A stretch of DNA of 64,000 nt, taken from NCBI GenBank assembly GCA_964291395.2, contig OZ219856.1:2560001-2624000 (forward strand). The letters are read 5' to 3'. The position numbers and the translations under genes were made by a program. Shown in pieces: positions 9,692-20,446 of this stretch (within the stretch, counting starts at the first letter, position 1; every line of letters starts with the position of its first letter). Below the pieces are notes generated by a model that saw only the letters and a program-made list of their open reading frames with translations, was not told the DNA's origin and ran no database searches. The DNA comes from Alphaproteobacteria bacterium. Its GTDB lineage: Bacteria > Pseudomonadota > Alphaproteobacteria > UBA2966.

Positions 9692-10483
9692 ATGATCCGC
9701 GTGGTTGACCTGCATAAGCACTTCGGCGGTGTTCGGGCCGTCGACGGGGTCGACCTCGAAATCGCGGAGGGTGCGATCACGGGCCTGATTGGACCCAACG
9801 GCGCCGGCAAGACCACCTTGTTCAACGTCATCGCCGGGGTCTATCCGCCGACTTCCGGACGCGTCTATCTCGACGACGGGGACATCACCGGGATGCGGCC
9901 CCATCAACTGTTCCGCAGGGGCGTGACGCGGACATTCCAGATCGCGCAGGAATTCACGACGCTGACCGTCCTGGAGAACCTGATGTCAGCTACTGGCGAT
10001 CAGACCGGTGAAAGCCTCATTGGCGCTTGGCTGAGGCCGGGACGGGTGTGCGCCGAGGAAGCGGCCATCCGGCGCAGAGCCGAAGAGGTGATCGAGTTCC
10101 TGGACCTCTCAGACGTCGCTCAGGAACCGGCCGGCAACCTTTCAGGCGGTCAAAAGAAGCTGGTCGAGCTGGCCCGCGTGATGATGACCGAGGCGCGGGT
10201 GATCCTGCTCGACGAGATCGGGGCCGGGGTCAACCGCACGCTTCTGCGATCTATTTCGGGGGCGGTTCTTCGGCTCAATATCGAGCATGGCTACACGTTC
10301 TGCTTGATCGAGCACGACATGGATCTGGTGTCGCTGCTCTGCGACCCCGTGATCGTCATGGCGGAGGGGAAAGTGCTCACCCAAGGACCCGCCCCCGACG
10401 TCCGGTCCGACGAGCGGGTCATTGAAGCCTATCTCGGCGCCAGGTCGAAGAACGGCCAGAGTCCGGCGGCCGACCGCGCATGA
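9692..10483 (+). CDS. ABC ATP-binding protein (LivG-like)
   Basis: GPNGAGKTT, LSGGQKK, LLDE, IEHDM. Confidence 0.93.
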   Translation: MIRVVDLHKHFGGVRAVDGVDLEIAEGAITGLIGPNGAGKTTLFNVIAGVYPPTSGRVYLDDGDITGMRPHQLFRRGVTRTFQIAQEFTTLTVLENLMSATGDQTGESLIGAWLRPGRVCAEEAAIRRRAEEVIEFLDLSDVAQEPAGNLSGGQKKLVELARVMMTEARVILLDEIGAGVNRTLLRSISGAVLRLNIEHGYTFCLIEHDMDLVSLLCDPVIVMAEGKVLTQGPAPDVRSDERVIEAYLGARSKNGQSPAADRA

Positions 10484-11184
10484 GCTATCTGATCGGGGAG
10501 AACATGCATGGCGGCTATGGCGGCGCCGATGTATTGCGCGGCTGCACCATTTCCGTCGACAAGGGCGAAATCGCCGTGATCGTGGGGCCCAACGGGGCCG
10601 GCAAATCGACAGCGATGATGGCGTTGTTCGGCATGGTGCGGCTGCGCCACGGCGAGGTGCGCTTGGGCGCGCGCGCTATCACCGGCCTGAAGCCGCAGGA
10701 CCGTGTGAGGAGGGGGATGGCCTTCGTGCCGCAAACCGGCAACATATTCACGACCCTGACGGTCCGGGAAAATCTGGAGATGGGCGCCTTCCTGCGCCCA
10801 GACGACATCTCCGGCGGCATGGAGCGGGTCTTTGGCTTGTTTCCCGTTCTGAAGCAGAAACAGCGCCAGCCGGCGGGTGAGCTGTCGGGCGGGCAGCGCC
10901 AACAGGTCGCGATCGGACGCGCGCTGATGACCCAGCCGGACGTCCTGATGCTCGACGAGCCGACCGCCGGCGTGTCGCCGATTGTCATGGACGAGTTGTT
11001 CGACCGGATCCTCCAAATACGGCAGGCCGGCACCGCCATCCTGATGGTGGAGCAAAACGCCCGCCAGGCGCTTGCCGTCGCGGATCGTGGCTTCGTCATG
11101 GTGACGGGTGAGAACCGGTTCACGGACAGCGGACAAGCCATCCTGGCCAACCCCGAAGTGCGGCGCTCGTTCCTCGGCGGGTAA
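10480..11184 (+). CDS. ABC ATP-binding protein (LivF-like)
   Basis: GPNGAGKST, LSGGQRQ, LDEPT, VEQN; ATGA overlap with the previous gene. Confidence 0.93.
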   Translation: MSYLIGENMHGGYGGADVLRGCTISVDKGEIAVIVGPNGAGKSTAMMALFGMVRLRHGEVRLGARAITGLKPQDRVRRGMAFVPQTGNIFTTLTVRENLEMGAFLRPDDISGGMERVFGLFPVLKQKQRQPAGELSGGQRQQVAIGRALMTQPDVLMLDEPTAGVSPIVMDELFDRILQIRQAGTAILMVEQNARQALAVADRGFVMVTGENRFTDSGQAILANPEVRRSFLGG

Positions 11185-11190
11185 CCGGCG

Positions 11191-12207
11191 ATGCTGGTTG
11201 ATCTCGTCAACGCGCTGGTCCTGCTGGCGAACTTCGTCGTCGTGCCGGCCATCGCCTACGGCTCGCAAATCGCCTTGGGCGCGCTCGGGGTCACGCTGGT
11301 GTACGGCATACTGCGTTTCGCCAACTTCTCCCACGGCGACCTCATGGCTTTCGGCACGATGGTGGTGATCCTGGCGACCTGGCAGTTGCAATCCCGGGGC
11401 GTCGGTCTGGGCCCGCTACCGACGGCATTGCTGGCTCTGCCGGCCGGCGTGGCCGCGACGATCATCGTCAGCCTGGCGGCGGACAGAACGGTGTTCCGGT
11501 TCTACCGCCTCAAGCGGAGCGCGCCGATGGTGATGTCGATCGCCTCGGTGGGAGTAATGTTCGTGCTGAACGGCGTGGTCCGCATCATCATCGGCCCCGA
11601 CGATCGGTCCTTCTCCGACGGTGCGCGCTATCTGATAAACGCGCGGGAATTCAGAAATCTCACCGGCCTCGAAGAGGGTTTGTCCGTCCGCGTATCCCAG
11701 GTCTTGACGGTCGCCGTGGCCGTCGTGGCGGTATCGGCACTATTCTGGTTCCTGCAACGCACGCGTGCCGGCAAGGCGATGCGCGCCTATTCCGACAACG
11801 AGGACTTGGCACTGCTCTCGGGTGTCGAGCCCGACCGGGTGGTGCGGACGACCTGGATCATCGCCGCCTCGCTTGCGGCGACCGCAGGCACGCTCTACGG
11901 GCTCGACAAGAGCTTCCAGCCGTTTACCTACCTGCAACTTCTGCTTCCCATGTTCGCCGCCGCGATCGTGGGTGGCATCGGCCAACCCCTCGGCGCGATC
12001 GCGGGAGGTTTTCTGATCGCCTTTTCCGAAATCGCACTCACCTACCCCTACAGGAAATTCCTGCGTTACCTGCTGCCCGAGGAACTGCATCCCGACGGCC
12101 TGGCCCAGCTTCTGTCTACCGACTACAAGCTTTCCGTTTCTTTCGTCATTCTGGTGGTGGTTCTTCTCTGGAGACCTACCGGCCTGTTTCGAGGGCGGGT
12201 CGCGTGA
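11191..12207 (+). CDS. Branched-chain amino acid ABC permease (LivH-like)
   Basis: ALGVTLVYGILRFANFSHG, GKAMRA, AIVGGIG, RPTGLF. Confidence 0.92.
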   Translation: MLVDLVNALVLLANFVVVPAIAYGSQIALGALGVTLVYGILRFANFSHGDLMAFGTMVVILATWQLQSRGVGLGPLPTALLALPAGVAATIIVSLAADRTVFRFYRLKRSAPMVMSIASVGVMFVLNGVVRIIIGPDDRSFSDGARYLINAREFRNLTGLEEGLSVRVSQVLTVAVAVVAVSALFWFLQRTRAGKAMRAYSDNEDLALLSGVEPDRVVRTTWIIAASLAATAGTLYGLDKSFQPFTYLQLLLPMFAAAIVGGIGQPLGAIAGGFLIAFSEIALTYPYRKFLRYLLPEELHPDGLAQLLSTDYKLSVSFVILVVVLLWRPTGLFRGRVA

Positions 12208-13568
12208 GCGGGCGGGCGCGCGCCGCCGCCGGCTTCGCCGTCGTCGCAGCGTCGCTGCTGATGGTTGGCCTTGGCCAGTCCTGGGCAGTCAGTCTGGCGG
12301 TGCTCAACCTCTGCCTGATCTCGGCCGTGATGGCGCTCGGCGTCAACATACAGTGGGGTTATGCCGGCCTGTTCAATGTCGGGACCATGGCCTTCGCCGC
12401 GCTTGGCGGTTTGGCGGCGGTACTGGTTTCGCAGCCGCCGGTGCCCGCGGCCCTGGCTGCAGGCGGCGCCAAACTGCTGTTGGCGATTGCGGTAACGTGC
12501 CTGACGCTTGGGCTTGTCTGGGTCGCCTGCCGGAGGTTGCCGCGCGGCAGGCTCCGCGCGTTCGGAGTGACGGCCGTGGCGGTGGCCGGATATTTCGCGA
12601 TCCGCACCTTCTTCGATCCCGCCGTCAAGGCCATCGAAGCGGTCAATCCAGCCGCCAGCGGCTATCTCGGAGGGCTGGGTCTCCCCATCATATTGTCCTG
12701 GGCGGTCGGGGGCCTGTTCGCGGCCGGTGCCGCCTATGTGATCGGTCGAATAGCGCTCGGCCTGCGCGCAGACTATTTCGCCATCGCCACGCTGGGCATT
12801 TCCGAAATCGTGATCGCCGTGCTGAAGAACGAGGACTGGCTTGCCCGCGGCGTGAAGAACGTGACCGGTCTCGACCGGCCCGTACCGTACGAGATCGATC
12901 TGCAGCACGCGGCATGGTTTCAGGAACTGGTGCGGTCGTTGAACGTCAGCACGCTGTCCGCCCTGCCCGAAGCCGAACATGCCGCGATGCTGCGTGAACT
13001 CGTGATCGAGGCAGCCGGTATCTTCGTCAAGCTCTGCTACGCGGGGCTGTTCACCCTTGTCCTTCTCGTAATCCTGCTGCTCAGCGAGCGAGCGCTCCGT
13101 TCACCGTGGGGGCGAATGATGCGGGCAATTCGGGACAACGAAACGGCGGCCGAGGCACTGGGTAAAGACGTATTCCACCGACACATGCAGGTCTTCGTCA
13201 TCGGCTCGGCGGTCGTGGGCGTGGCGGGCGCCATGCTCGTCACACTCGACGGACAGTTCACGCCCAATAGTTACAATCCGTTGCGGTTCACCTTTCTGAT
13301 CTGGGTGATGGTGATCGTCGGCGGCTCAGGCAACAACCTGGGCGCCGTACTCGGCGGCTTCATCGTGTGGCTGAGTTGGATCGAGGCCGAGCCGCTCAGC
13401 TTATGGGTGATAGAGGTCCTGACGTCGGCGATGACGCCTGATGATCCGGTGCGCATGCATCTGGTCGAAGCGGCGGCCCACGTAAGACAGATACTGATGG
13501 GGTTGATCCTGCTTCTGGTGATGCGTTTCAGTCCGCGTGGCGTGGTGCCCGAAACCGTTCGATATTGA
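12204..13568 (+). CDS. Branched-chain amino acid ABC permease (LivM-like)
   Basis: GYAGLFNVG, LRADYFAIATLG, SPWGRMMRAIRDNE, VGGSGN. Confidence 0.92.
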   Translation: MSGRARAAAGFAVVAASLLMVGLGQSWAVSLAVLNLCLISAVMALGVNIQWGYAGLFNVGTMAFAALGGLAAVLVSQPPVPAALAAGGAKLLLAIAVTCLTLGLVWVACRRLPRGRLRAFGVTAVAVAGYFAIRTFFDPAVKAIEAVNPAASGYLGGLGLPIILSWAVGGLFAAGAAYVIGRIALGLRADYFAIATLGISEIVIAVLKNEDWLARGVKNVTGLDRPVPYEIDLQHAAWFQELVRSLNVSTLSALPEAEHAAMLRELVIEAAGIFVKLCYAGLFTLVLLVILLLSERALRSPWGRMMRAIRDNETAAEALGKDVFHRHMQVFVIGSAVVGVAGAMLVTLDGQFTPNSYNPLRFTFLIWVMVIVGGSGNNLGAVLGGFIVWLSWIEAEPLSLWVIEVLTSAMTPDDPVRMHLVEAAAHVRQILMGLILLLVMRFSPRGVVPETVRY

Positions 13569-13610
13569 CGGACTTGCGGAGCTCTCCTTCGCCCATTCCA
13601 GTGCACCGCC

Positions 13611-14159
13611 CTACCCGCAGTGGATGAAGAACAACGCCCACGGCCACATGATCTCCTCCTCCTCCGTGGCAGGCCGGTCTCCCGGCGGGTCGAAGACCAG
13701 CCACAGCGGGCCTCTCCCGCCGATGTCGTGCGGCCGGCCGTCGGCCTTCGTCGCCAGCACCCAATCCCGCGTCTCGACTTCCGACGCCGATATCTCGGTA
13801 CTGAAACCGTCGAGGGCCAACGTAGCGAGCGGCCCGCCCCGGCAGCCAGCAGCCTTCAGCACGTCCGTGAGGCGCGGACCGGAGAAAGTTATCAGGCCGT
13901 CCCAATCCTTGTACTCGATACCTACCTCCGTGATACCGAGACCTTCCAGCATGGCGCGGTCGAATACGAACGCCCTGTCGAACGCGCGTTCGTGATACGC
14001 GAGGAAGACATCGCGCTTCTCGTCATAGGCCGGCCGGTTGGCATTCGCCACGTTGCCCGCGACCGTCAACACCACCGGACCGGCCGGTGCTTCGGCACCG
14101 GAGGCAGAGGCGGTTGCGACGAACGAAATCGTCAAGACGACGGCGATGAACCTTTCCAT
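13611..14159 (-). CDS. Exported protein of the molybdopterin-oxidoreductase-like (pterin-binding) fold
   Basis: Signal peptide; VVLTVAG, FSGPRLTDVL, ALDGF, RGPLWLVF, WPWAL. Confidence 0.7.
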   Translation of the reverse strand: MERFIAVVLTISFVATASASGAEAPAGPVVLTVAGNVANANRPAYDEKRDVFLAYHERAFDRAFVFDRAMLEGLGITEVGIEYKDWDGLITFSGPRLTDVLKAAGCRGGPLATLALDGFSTEISASEVETRDWVLATKADGRPHDIGGRGPLWLVFDPPGDRPATEEEEIMWPWALFFIHCG

Positions 14160-14323
14160 GGAATACCTCTTTCGGAATCTTGGAGAGCTTTTGCGGACCG
14201 CCGGCGGAATCTGCCCGCCTCCGACAGTCTATCCCCGGCGCCGACGCGCGTCAGGACGTCTCTAGGTTCAATACCGGCACTACCGTGTAGTTGAAGTCCC
14301 GCGGTTCAGCGACGACGACAACG

Positions 14324-14378
14324 ATAATATAAAACTACCTTATGTGAACGAGAGGAAATCAGTATTAGTTTTTATGAT
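14324..14378. promoter_or_regulatory. AT-rich divergent promoter region with LysR/OxyR-like dyads
   Basis: ATAA-N7-CTAC at 14324-14338 (resembles OxyR ATAG-N7-CTAT) and ATCA-N13-TGAT at 14358-14378, upstream of oxyR. Confidence 0.4.
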
Positions 14379-14458
14379 CCGCCCATGCCAGAATCCGACA
14401 CTCTGGAACCGGAGCGGGGTTTTCCCCGTCACGGCGTTCACGCGGAAAGGGAGGAGAC

Positions 14459-15406
14459 TTGCCTGTCACCCTGCGTCAGCTGCGTTATTTTCAAGCACTG
14501 GTAGAACACGGCTCGTTCAGCCGCGCGGCCGAGAGCGTTCACGTCTCACAGCCCGCGCTCTCCCTCCAGATCCGCGAGCTCGAGGCTGCTCTCGGCGGAA
14601 CGCTGGTGGAGCGCGAAGGCCGCAACAACGTTCTCACGCCGTTCGGCAGGGAGGCACATCAACAGACACTGAGGATCCTGGACGAGACGCTTGTCCTGGA
14701 AACGATGGGAAAACGTTTCGAGGCGGGCTCTGTGCGGGTCACCGTCGGGATCGTCTCTACACTCGCGCCATATCTGCTGCCGGGTCTCCTGGAGCGGCTG
14801 CAAGCGTCGACACCCCGTGTCCAGCTCGATGCAGTGGAAGATCTGGGTCAGCATCTGGTTTCGGCCCTTCTCGCCGGCCATCTCGATGCGGCGATCGTCT
14901 CCCTTCCGCTGGGTCTGATGGAGCTCCCCGAGCGGGAGCTTTTCGACGACCGATTCGTGCTCGCTGCCCGTGCTGCGAGGCTTGGTGGAATCCGCGCGCT
15001 CGGAGACACCGTGCGTCCGACGGATCTGGCGCGGGCCGACATCGGGCCGCTTCTCACGCTCGGGGACGACCATTGCTTGGGCAACCAGGTTCTGGGGGCC
15101 TGCTCGATGTGGCGCCTGCAGGAAGTTCACCGCGGCACCGAATCACTGGCCACCCTCTCGCGGCTCGTGGCGAGCGGCGCCGGCCTGACTCTTCTTCCTG
15201 AAACGGCGGCTCTTTGTGAACTCGCGGCTTCTCCGGGCCTGAGTTTTCTCCGTTTCGCCGAACCCGAACCTTCGCGGCGGATCGGTCTCGCTCACCGCAT
15301 CACATCTCACGGTCAGCGCTGGATCGATCTCCTCGCCGAGGCCACGGCCGGTGCAGGCCAAGAGCTCACGTCCCGAGCCCGGGAGGCGATCAGCGGACGT
15401 AGTTGA
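14459..15406 (+). CDS. oxyR: LysR family hydrogen peroxide-inducible genes activator
   Basis: LysR HTH (TLRQLRYF...SQPALSLQIRELE), TLAPYLLP, redox cysteine pair DDHCLGNQVLGAC, SLATL, GLTLLP; TTG start after ggagga. Confidence 0.82.
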   Translation: MPVTLRQLRYFQALVEHGSFSRAAESVHVSQPALSLQIRELEAALGGTLVEREGRNNVLTPFGREAHQQTLRILDETLVLETMGKRFEAGSVRVTVGIVSTLAPYLLPGLLERLQASTPRVQLDAVEDLGQHLVSALLAGHLDAAIVSLPLGLMELPERELFDDRFVLAARAARLGGIRALGDTVRPTDLARADIGPLLTLGDDHCLGNQVLGACSMWRLQEVHRGTESLATLSRLVASGAGLTLLPETAALCELAASPGLSFLRFAEPEPSRRIGLAHRITSHGQRWIDLLAEATAGAGQELTSRAREAISGRS

Positions 15407-15418
15407 CGAGCGGTGCCG

Positions 15419-16615
15419 CTAATTGGACACGTCTTCGACTCCCTCCCGGGTTTCGGCGAGCACCAGATCGACCACGTGCCGCAATGCCTCTTCCGAGGTA
15501 TCCCCTTCCAGGCGGCGTAGGCGGTACAGGTCGAGCTGGCGGTCCGCGCCGGCTCCCTCCCGGATGATGGTCAGCGCATGGCGCATTTCGGCCTCGCAAT
15601 CCAGCGCGCGGGCGTCGGGCGCGAGTTCGTCGACGAGCTCGGCGGTGTGGTCGTGGATGTCCACCCGTCCACCACCGGACGTCCTGTCGCCTAGGAAAGC
15701 GAAGACGCCGTAGCGCTGGGCCAACCAGCGGTCCTCCGCGATGAGTTCGGTGAGGGGTCCGGGCGGTGGCGTGCCCTCCAGGTCCCGGCGCATCAGCCAC
15801 CGGACGAGGGACGCATAGAGCGCCACGATGCTCACCGCTTCCTCGAGGCGCGTGCAGATGTCGCAGATCCGCATCTCCACCGTCGGATATGCGTGGGAAG
15901 GGCGGATGTCCCACCACAGTTCGCTGCCGTTCTCGATGAAATTCATTCTCTGGTATTCGGCGACGAGCCGGTCGTACTCCGCCCGAGACCCCAGCGGGCC
16001 GGGCATGCCCGTGCGCGGGAGATTACCCATGATCGTCAACCGGTAGGACTTGAACCCGGTCTCGTGCCCGGCATTGAACGGCGACGAGGTGGACAGCGCA
16101 TGGAGCAACGGCAAGTAACGCCGGATCGCCGTCATGACGCGTATGCGGGTGTCCCCATCGCCGAAACCGGCATGGATGTGCATGCCGCCGACGACGGCGC
16201 GGCGCACGGCCTCCTGGTACGTGGCCGCGAACCGCGCGTAACGGTCCCGCGGCGTGGGACTCTGATCCCTCCAAATCGCGAAGGGATGGGTGGAGGCGGC
16301 CATCACGGCGGCGCCGTGCCGTTCGGCCGCCTCGATGACGATCCGCCGGGTCTCTTGCAGCGCCGTGCGCACTTCGGCCACCGACCCGCATACCCGGGTA
16401 TTCGTCTCGATCTGGGAGCGCAGGAACTCCCGCACGACCTTGTGCGGCCCGCGGTTCTCGTCGCAGGTCTTGAAGATACCCGGATCGGGGTCGGCGAGAA
16501 GGTCGCGGGAATCGGGATCGACGAGAAAGAACTCCTCCTCGATCCCGAGCGTGATCGAGAGGTCTCCCTTGCCCGCGGCAGCGGTCACGTTTACAGGCGA
16601 AGGTCCATCACTCAT
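15419..16615 (-). CDS. Carboxylate-amine ligase (YbdK/GCS2 glutamate-cysteine ligase family)
   Basis: TLGIEEEF, STHPF, GMHIH, SSPF, LWWDIRPS, TVEMRICD. Confidence 0.92.
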   Translation of the reverse strand: MSDGPSPVNVTAAAGKGDLSITLGIEEEFFLVDPDSRDLLADPDPGIFKTCDENRGPHKVVREFLRSQIETNTRVCGSVAEVRTALQETRRIVIEAAERHGAAVMAASTHPFAIWRDQSPTPRDRYARFAATYQEAVRRAVVGGMHIHAGFGDGDTRIRVMTAIRRYLPLLHALSTSSPFNAGHETGFKSYRLTIMGNLPRTGMPGPLGSRAEYDRLVAEYQRMNFIENGSELWWDIRPSHAYPTVEMRICDICTRLEEAVSIVALYASLVRWLMRRDLEGTPPPGPLTELIAEDRWLAQRYGVFAFLGDRTSGGGRVDIHDHTAELVDELAPDARALDCEAEMRHALTIIREGAGADRQLDLYRLRRLEGDTSEEALRHVVDLVLAETREGVEDVSN

Positions 16616-16941
16616 AGCCGCCCAAACCTCACACCCCGGATGGCGGGGAGTTCGCCCTCGTCACACGGTTGGCTCTCAGTCGGCAATGGTGATCGGACAT
16701 TCAAAGTCCCCGTCAAACCCGGAGCCTGAATCATATCGCAGCAGCACCGGGATACGACAACATTACTCCCCGATCAATGGGTCCCGAGCCCAGGCTGCGC
16801 CACCGAGGCCCGTGTGTGCGGTTTGACTCGGGACGATGGGATGCGGCCATCGCGACGCCGGAGGATGCAAACCAACGCGCCGGCGGCCGTCGTAAAATCG
16901 GACACCACGACGATGTTCCGCGATGGAAACGAAGTTCGGGT

Positions 16942-17877
16942 CTATTCGGGCATCACCTGCAACAGCGCCTTGATGAGCGCAGTCGCGTTGGCGGCCGCGA
17001 GGCCGAGAAAAATCTCCATTTCGTTTCCCCCCTCGCCGCCGCCCGCCAAGTCGGACAGACTCCGGATGGCGATGAACGGCACGTCGTTCGCGTAGGCCAC
17101 ATGCGCCACGGCGGCGCTTTCCATGTCCAGCACGCGGGCACCGAAGGTCTCGAACGTATATTCGCGGAAACCCGCGTTATCGACAAAGGCGCCTCCCGAA
17201 ACTCCGGAACCGCCGACGACAACCTTGGGCGCCCGCCGCAGGCACGTGCCGTCCGCCGTGCAACGCTCGAGCATCACATCCGCGGCCGCGACACGGGCGG
17301 CCGCCAGCAGCGCGTCATCCACCGGGAACCAGAAACGGGTCTCGGGCGCACCGGCTCCCGCCCCCTGCACGGTGACCGACCGCGGAAACATCATGCCGAA
17401 GTTCGCGTAGGGATAGTCGAAGAACGCCGGCTTGTCCCACCCGCCTTCGACCTCCCGGGCGAAGAGCATTTCGAGATATTGCCCCCACCGGTCCGCGATC
17501 ACGACATCGCCGATGTTCAACGCGGGGTCCACGCCGCCCGCGATGCCGGAGAACACGATCCGCTCTACATTGAAGTGGTTCAAGGCAAGCTGCGTCGTCA
17601 TGGCCGCGTTGACGACGCTGATGCCGCTCAGAAACAGCACGACGTCCCGGCCCTGCAGCGTCCCGACGGAAAAATCGACGCCCTTCACCGTATGCACCGA
17701 CGCGCCGTCGAGTTCCTCCTTGAGAATCGACATTTCCGGCGCGAAGGCGGATACCACGGCGATGCGTGGAACATCATCCTGAACGCCGTGCGCGAACGCC
17801 GGCGAGGCCGAACCGGCCGACGCCACCGCCGCCGCGACCAGACCAGCGATCAGACTCCGAAATCCGGATGGCATCAT
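16942..17877 (-). CDS. Exported 5'-methylthioadenosine/SAH nucleosidase family protein
   Basis: SAFAPE, SGISVVNAA, SGIAGG, DMESAAVAHV, RSLSDLAGG; signal peptide. Confidence 0.88.
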   Translation of the reverse strand: MMPSGFRSLIAGLVAAAVASAGSASPAFAHGVQDDVPRIAVVSAFAPEMSILKEELDGASVHTVKGVDFSVGTLQGRDVVLFLSGISVVNAAMTTQLALNHFNVERIVFSGIAGGVDPALNIGDVVIADRWGQYLEMLFAREVEGGWDKPAFFDYPYANFGMMFPRSVTVQGAGAGAPETRFWFPVDDALLAAARVAAADVMLERCTADGTCLRRAPKVVVGGSGVSGGAFVDNAGFREYTFETFGARVLDMESAAVAHVAYANDVPFIAIRSLSDLAGGGEGGNEMEIFLGLAAANATALIKALLQVMPE

Positions 17878-18082
17878 CCTCACCACGCCTCGGTATGCGG
17901 CCGACATCCCGTTCGGCCGCCGCCCCGTCAGCTTGCAGCATACGATTGCCGCGCCACAAGGGATTGTCTCGGGTCGGCCCTCCCCGGCGGACCCTCCGGG
18001 GCTGCCGATCGGGTGTCATTCGCCCGCCTCGAGCTCTGTGCGAATCGGCGTGCACAGCGTCGTCGAGGATAGCGGACACGCT

Positions 18083-19051
18083 TTAGAATCCTCGGTCTCC
18101 GGGGTGGGCCAAGGCGCGGCGGACGATCGCTTGCATGAGGTGAACGACGACCGCGTTGTCATCCACGGACACGCCGTCGACGGCGGCGATCCGCTTCCCG
18201 CTGCCGCCGTCCGCCAGTCCGAGCTCGACGCCGTAGGCGACGATGGCGTGCTCTTCCTCCCGGGTGTGGCAAAGCTCCAATTCGCCCCGCCTGAGGGCGA
18301 GTGCCGCGACCATACCATAACACCCGATGTTGGATGACGTTCCGACGACTAGAACCTCAGCCGGTATCACCGTGAAGATGCCGCCGCCGCACTCGGTCTT
18401 TTCCTTCAGATTGAATTCCGGCATGCGCGCACAAAGCGTGTCGTAGACCTTGCCGAAGCCGACTTCATTGCCGCCGTCCCCTACGCCGAGGGTCGGCTTG
18501 CCGGAAGCGGTCATCGTTTTGAACAGGTGATCCACATTTGACCGGAAGGCGTGTCGCGGCAGGCCGGTGACACCGTAGAGATTGCCATACGGATTGCCGC
18601 CATGGCGCTCCACGGCCATCGCGATATCCAAGTCCGCAGCGATGGCGTCCTGCTGGACGGTATCGTGAAGGCCGAGGTGCACGGTCGGCACGTCGATGCC
18701 GTAGCGCGCGACCAAGGCTTCGATCGGAGGCGCGGCCGGCGGATCGGTATAGATGCTGACCCGATGCCCCATGCGGACGAGGGTTCGGGCCAGCACGACC
18801 GAGCCCAGCGGGCCGTCATTCTCGCCGGCAGGCATGTGATCGGGCACCGCTGCGCCGGTCACGATCCCGATACGGACCGGCGGCCGATCAAGCAACTCGG
18901 CGGCGGCAAGGGTGAGCGGCCGGCCTTCCGCCTCCCGCGCTGCCTCATAGAGGCCCGTCTTGACGCCGTAGGGCAGGGCCGCACCCTGGATCTCCAGGCA
19001 CAAGAGCTGGTCCAGATTGGCGTAGGCCACTTCATCGGTTGAATTCACCAT
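18083..19051 (-). CDS. D-glutamate cyclase / DUF4392 family protein
   Basis: IVTG, ENDGPLG, AVER, GVGDGGNEVGFG, SSNIGCYG, AVDG. Confidence 0.8.
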   Translation of the reverse strand: MVNSTDEVAYANLDQLLCLEIQGAALPYGVKTGLYEAAREAEGRPLTLAAAELLDRPPVRIGIVTGAAVPDHMPAGENDGPLGSVVLARTLVRMGHRVSIYTDPPAAPPIEALVARYGIDVPTVHLGLHDTVQQDAIAADLDIAMAVERHGGNPYGNLYGVTGLPRHAFRSNVDHLFKTMTASGKPTLGVGDGGNEVGFGKVYDTLCARMPEFNLKEKTECGGGIFTVIPAEVLVVGTSSNIGCYGMVAALALRRGELELCHTREEEHAIVAYGVELGLADGGSGKRIAAVDGVSVDDNAVVVHLMQAIVRRALAHPGDRGF

Positions 19052-19270
19052 CGGGCCTTTCTCCCCTTGTTGCCGGACCTGGAATCCCGCCTGAAGGCCT
19101 TGCCGTCGGGAAACACTCCTGTCGTCAAGAGGAACCGTCCGGACCGTGGACGCCGTTCTCGGCGCGGCTTATTGTTTTCTTTCCACGGACTTCACGGTCT
19201 GACTCTCGAAGGTTCCGCAGCGTATGCGGGGCCCGGACCGACTGCCAACATAGACGCACGCAGATGTAAC

Positions 19271-20446
19271 ATGCCGGTTGAAGACACGCCCTGTCCGATC
19301 CCGATGAAGGAGTTCGCAGCCAGCACGACCGAGCACCGCAGGACGATATCACTACCGCCCGAGTGTTTTTGGGATCCGGTTTTCTATCGCTTCGAACTCG
19401 ACGCCGTGTGGGGGCGCGACTGGTTCTGCGCGGGTCGTGCGACCGACGTACCGAATCCCGGGGATTACTGCACCATCACGGTTGGACAGGAGCCCCTGCT
19501 GATCGTGCGGCAAAAGGACGGCTCGGTCCGCGTGCTCGCGAACGTGTGCCAGCACCGGGGGCAGCTTCTGCTGACGGGGAACGGCAATGTCCCGCAAATC
19601 CGCTGCCCCATGCATTCATGGACCTACGATCTTTCCGGCGGCCTGACCTTCGCACCCGGCTTCGAGGAAGACCCGACGTTCGGCGCCCCGGCCGTCTGCC
19701 TGCCCGAAATCCGGTCCGAGGTGTGGGAGGGTTTCCTGTTCGTCACGTTCGACAAAACGGTTGCCGGCATCGGCAAACGTCTCGCGAAGTTGAAGAGGCA
19801 ACTGGCGAATTACCATTTGTCCGGACTGCGATCTCCCGCCCCGCTGGAGTTCGTCCGCCACGACTGGAATTGGAAGATCTATGCGGACGAGTGCTACCAC
19901 TGTACCTATCTGCATGCCCGGTCTTTCGGGAGCATGTTTCCCGTACCGCCTTCCGCGATCGATGAGGAGTGCGAGTACAACGACGCCGACAACGGGATCA
20001 TGGCCTACACGTTGATCGGGCGGCACCTCGACGCGAGCCCGACCCGCACGGGAAAGTCCCTTCACCCGATTTTTCCGGACCTGACGGAGACGCAACGCTC
20101 GCGAATCGCCTACATCACGGTCGCACCCAATCTTCTCATCGTCGCGATGCCGGACAAGGTGAAGTACTGGGTCTGGTTGCCGGCGGAACCAACCGCGTCC
20201 TATCTGGGCGTAACCAACACATTTCCGGAGGCCGTGCTGGGCGATCCCAAGTTCGAAGAGCGCGCGCGGATGGAAGCGGAGGATCTGCACACGACGGCCG
20301 AAGAGGACCTGGAGGGCTGGAAGCGTTATCAGCTGGGAATCGGTTCGCGATTCGCGCCGCGCGGTCGGCTGTCGGGATTCGAAAAAACGCTCGGACGGCT
20401 GCAGGACTGGCTGGTGGCTCACTACCGGGCGGCAGAGTCGGGATAG
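19271..20446 (+). CDS. Rieske ring-hydroxylating oxygenase alpha subunit
   Basis: NVCQHRG...CPMHSWTY and WNWKIYADECYHCTYLH; start uncertain (19271 or slightly downstream). Confidence 0.9.
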   Translation: MPVEDTPCPIPMKEFAASTTEHRRTISLPPECFWDPVFYRFELDAVWGRDWFCAGRATDVPNPGDYCTITVGQEPLLIVRQKDGSVRVLANVCQHRGQLLLTGNGNVPQIRCPMHSWTYDLSGGLTFAPGFEEDPTFGAPAVCLPEIRSEVWEGFLFVTFDKTVAGIGKRLAKLKRQLANYHLSGLRSPAPLEFVRHDWNWKIYADECYHCTYLHARSFGSMFPVPPSAIDEECEYNDADNGIMAYTLIGRHLDASPTRTGKSLHPIFPDLTETQRSRIAYITVAPNLLIVAMPDKVKYWVWLPAEPTASYLGVTNTFPEAVLGDPKFEERARMEAEDLHTTAEEDLEGWKRYQLGIGSRFAPRGRLSGFEKTLGRLQDWLVAHYRAAESG

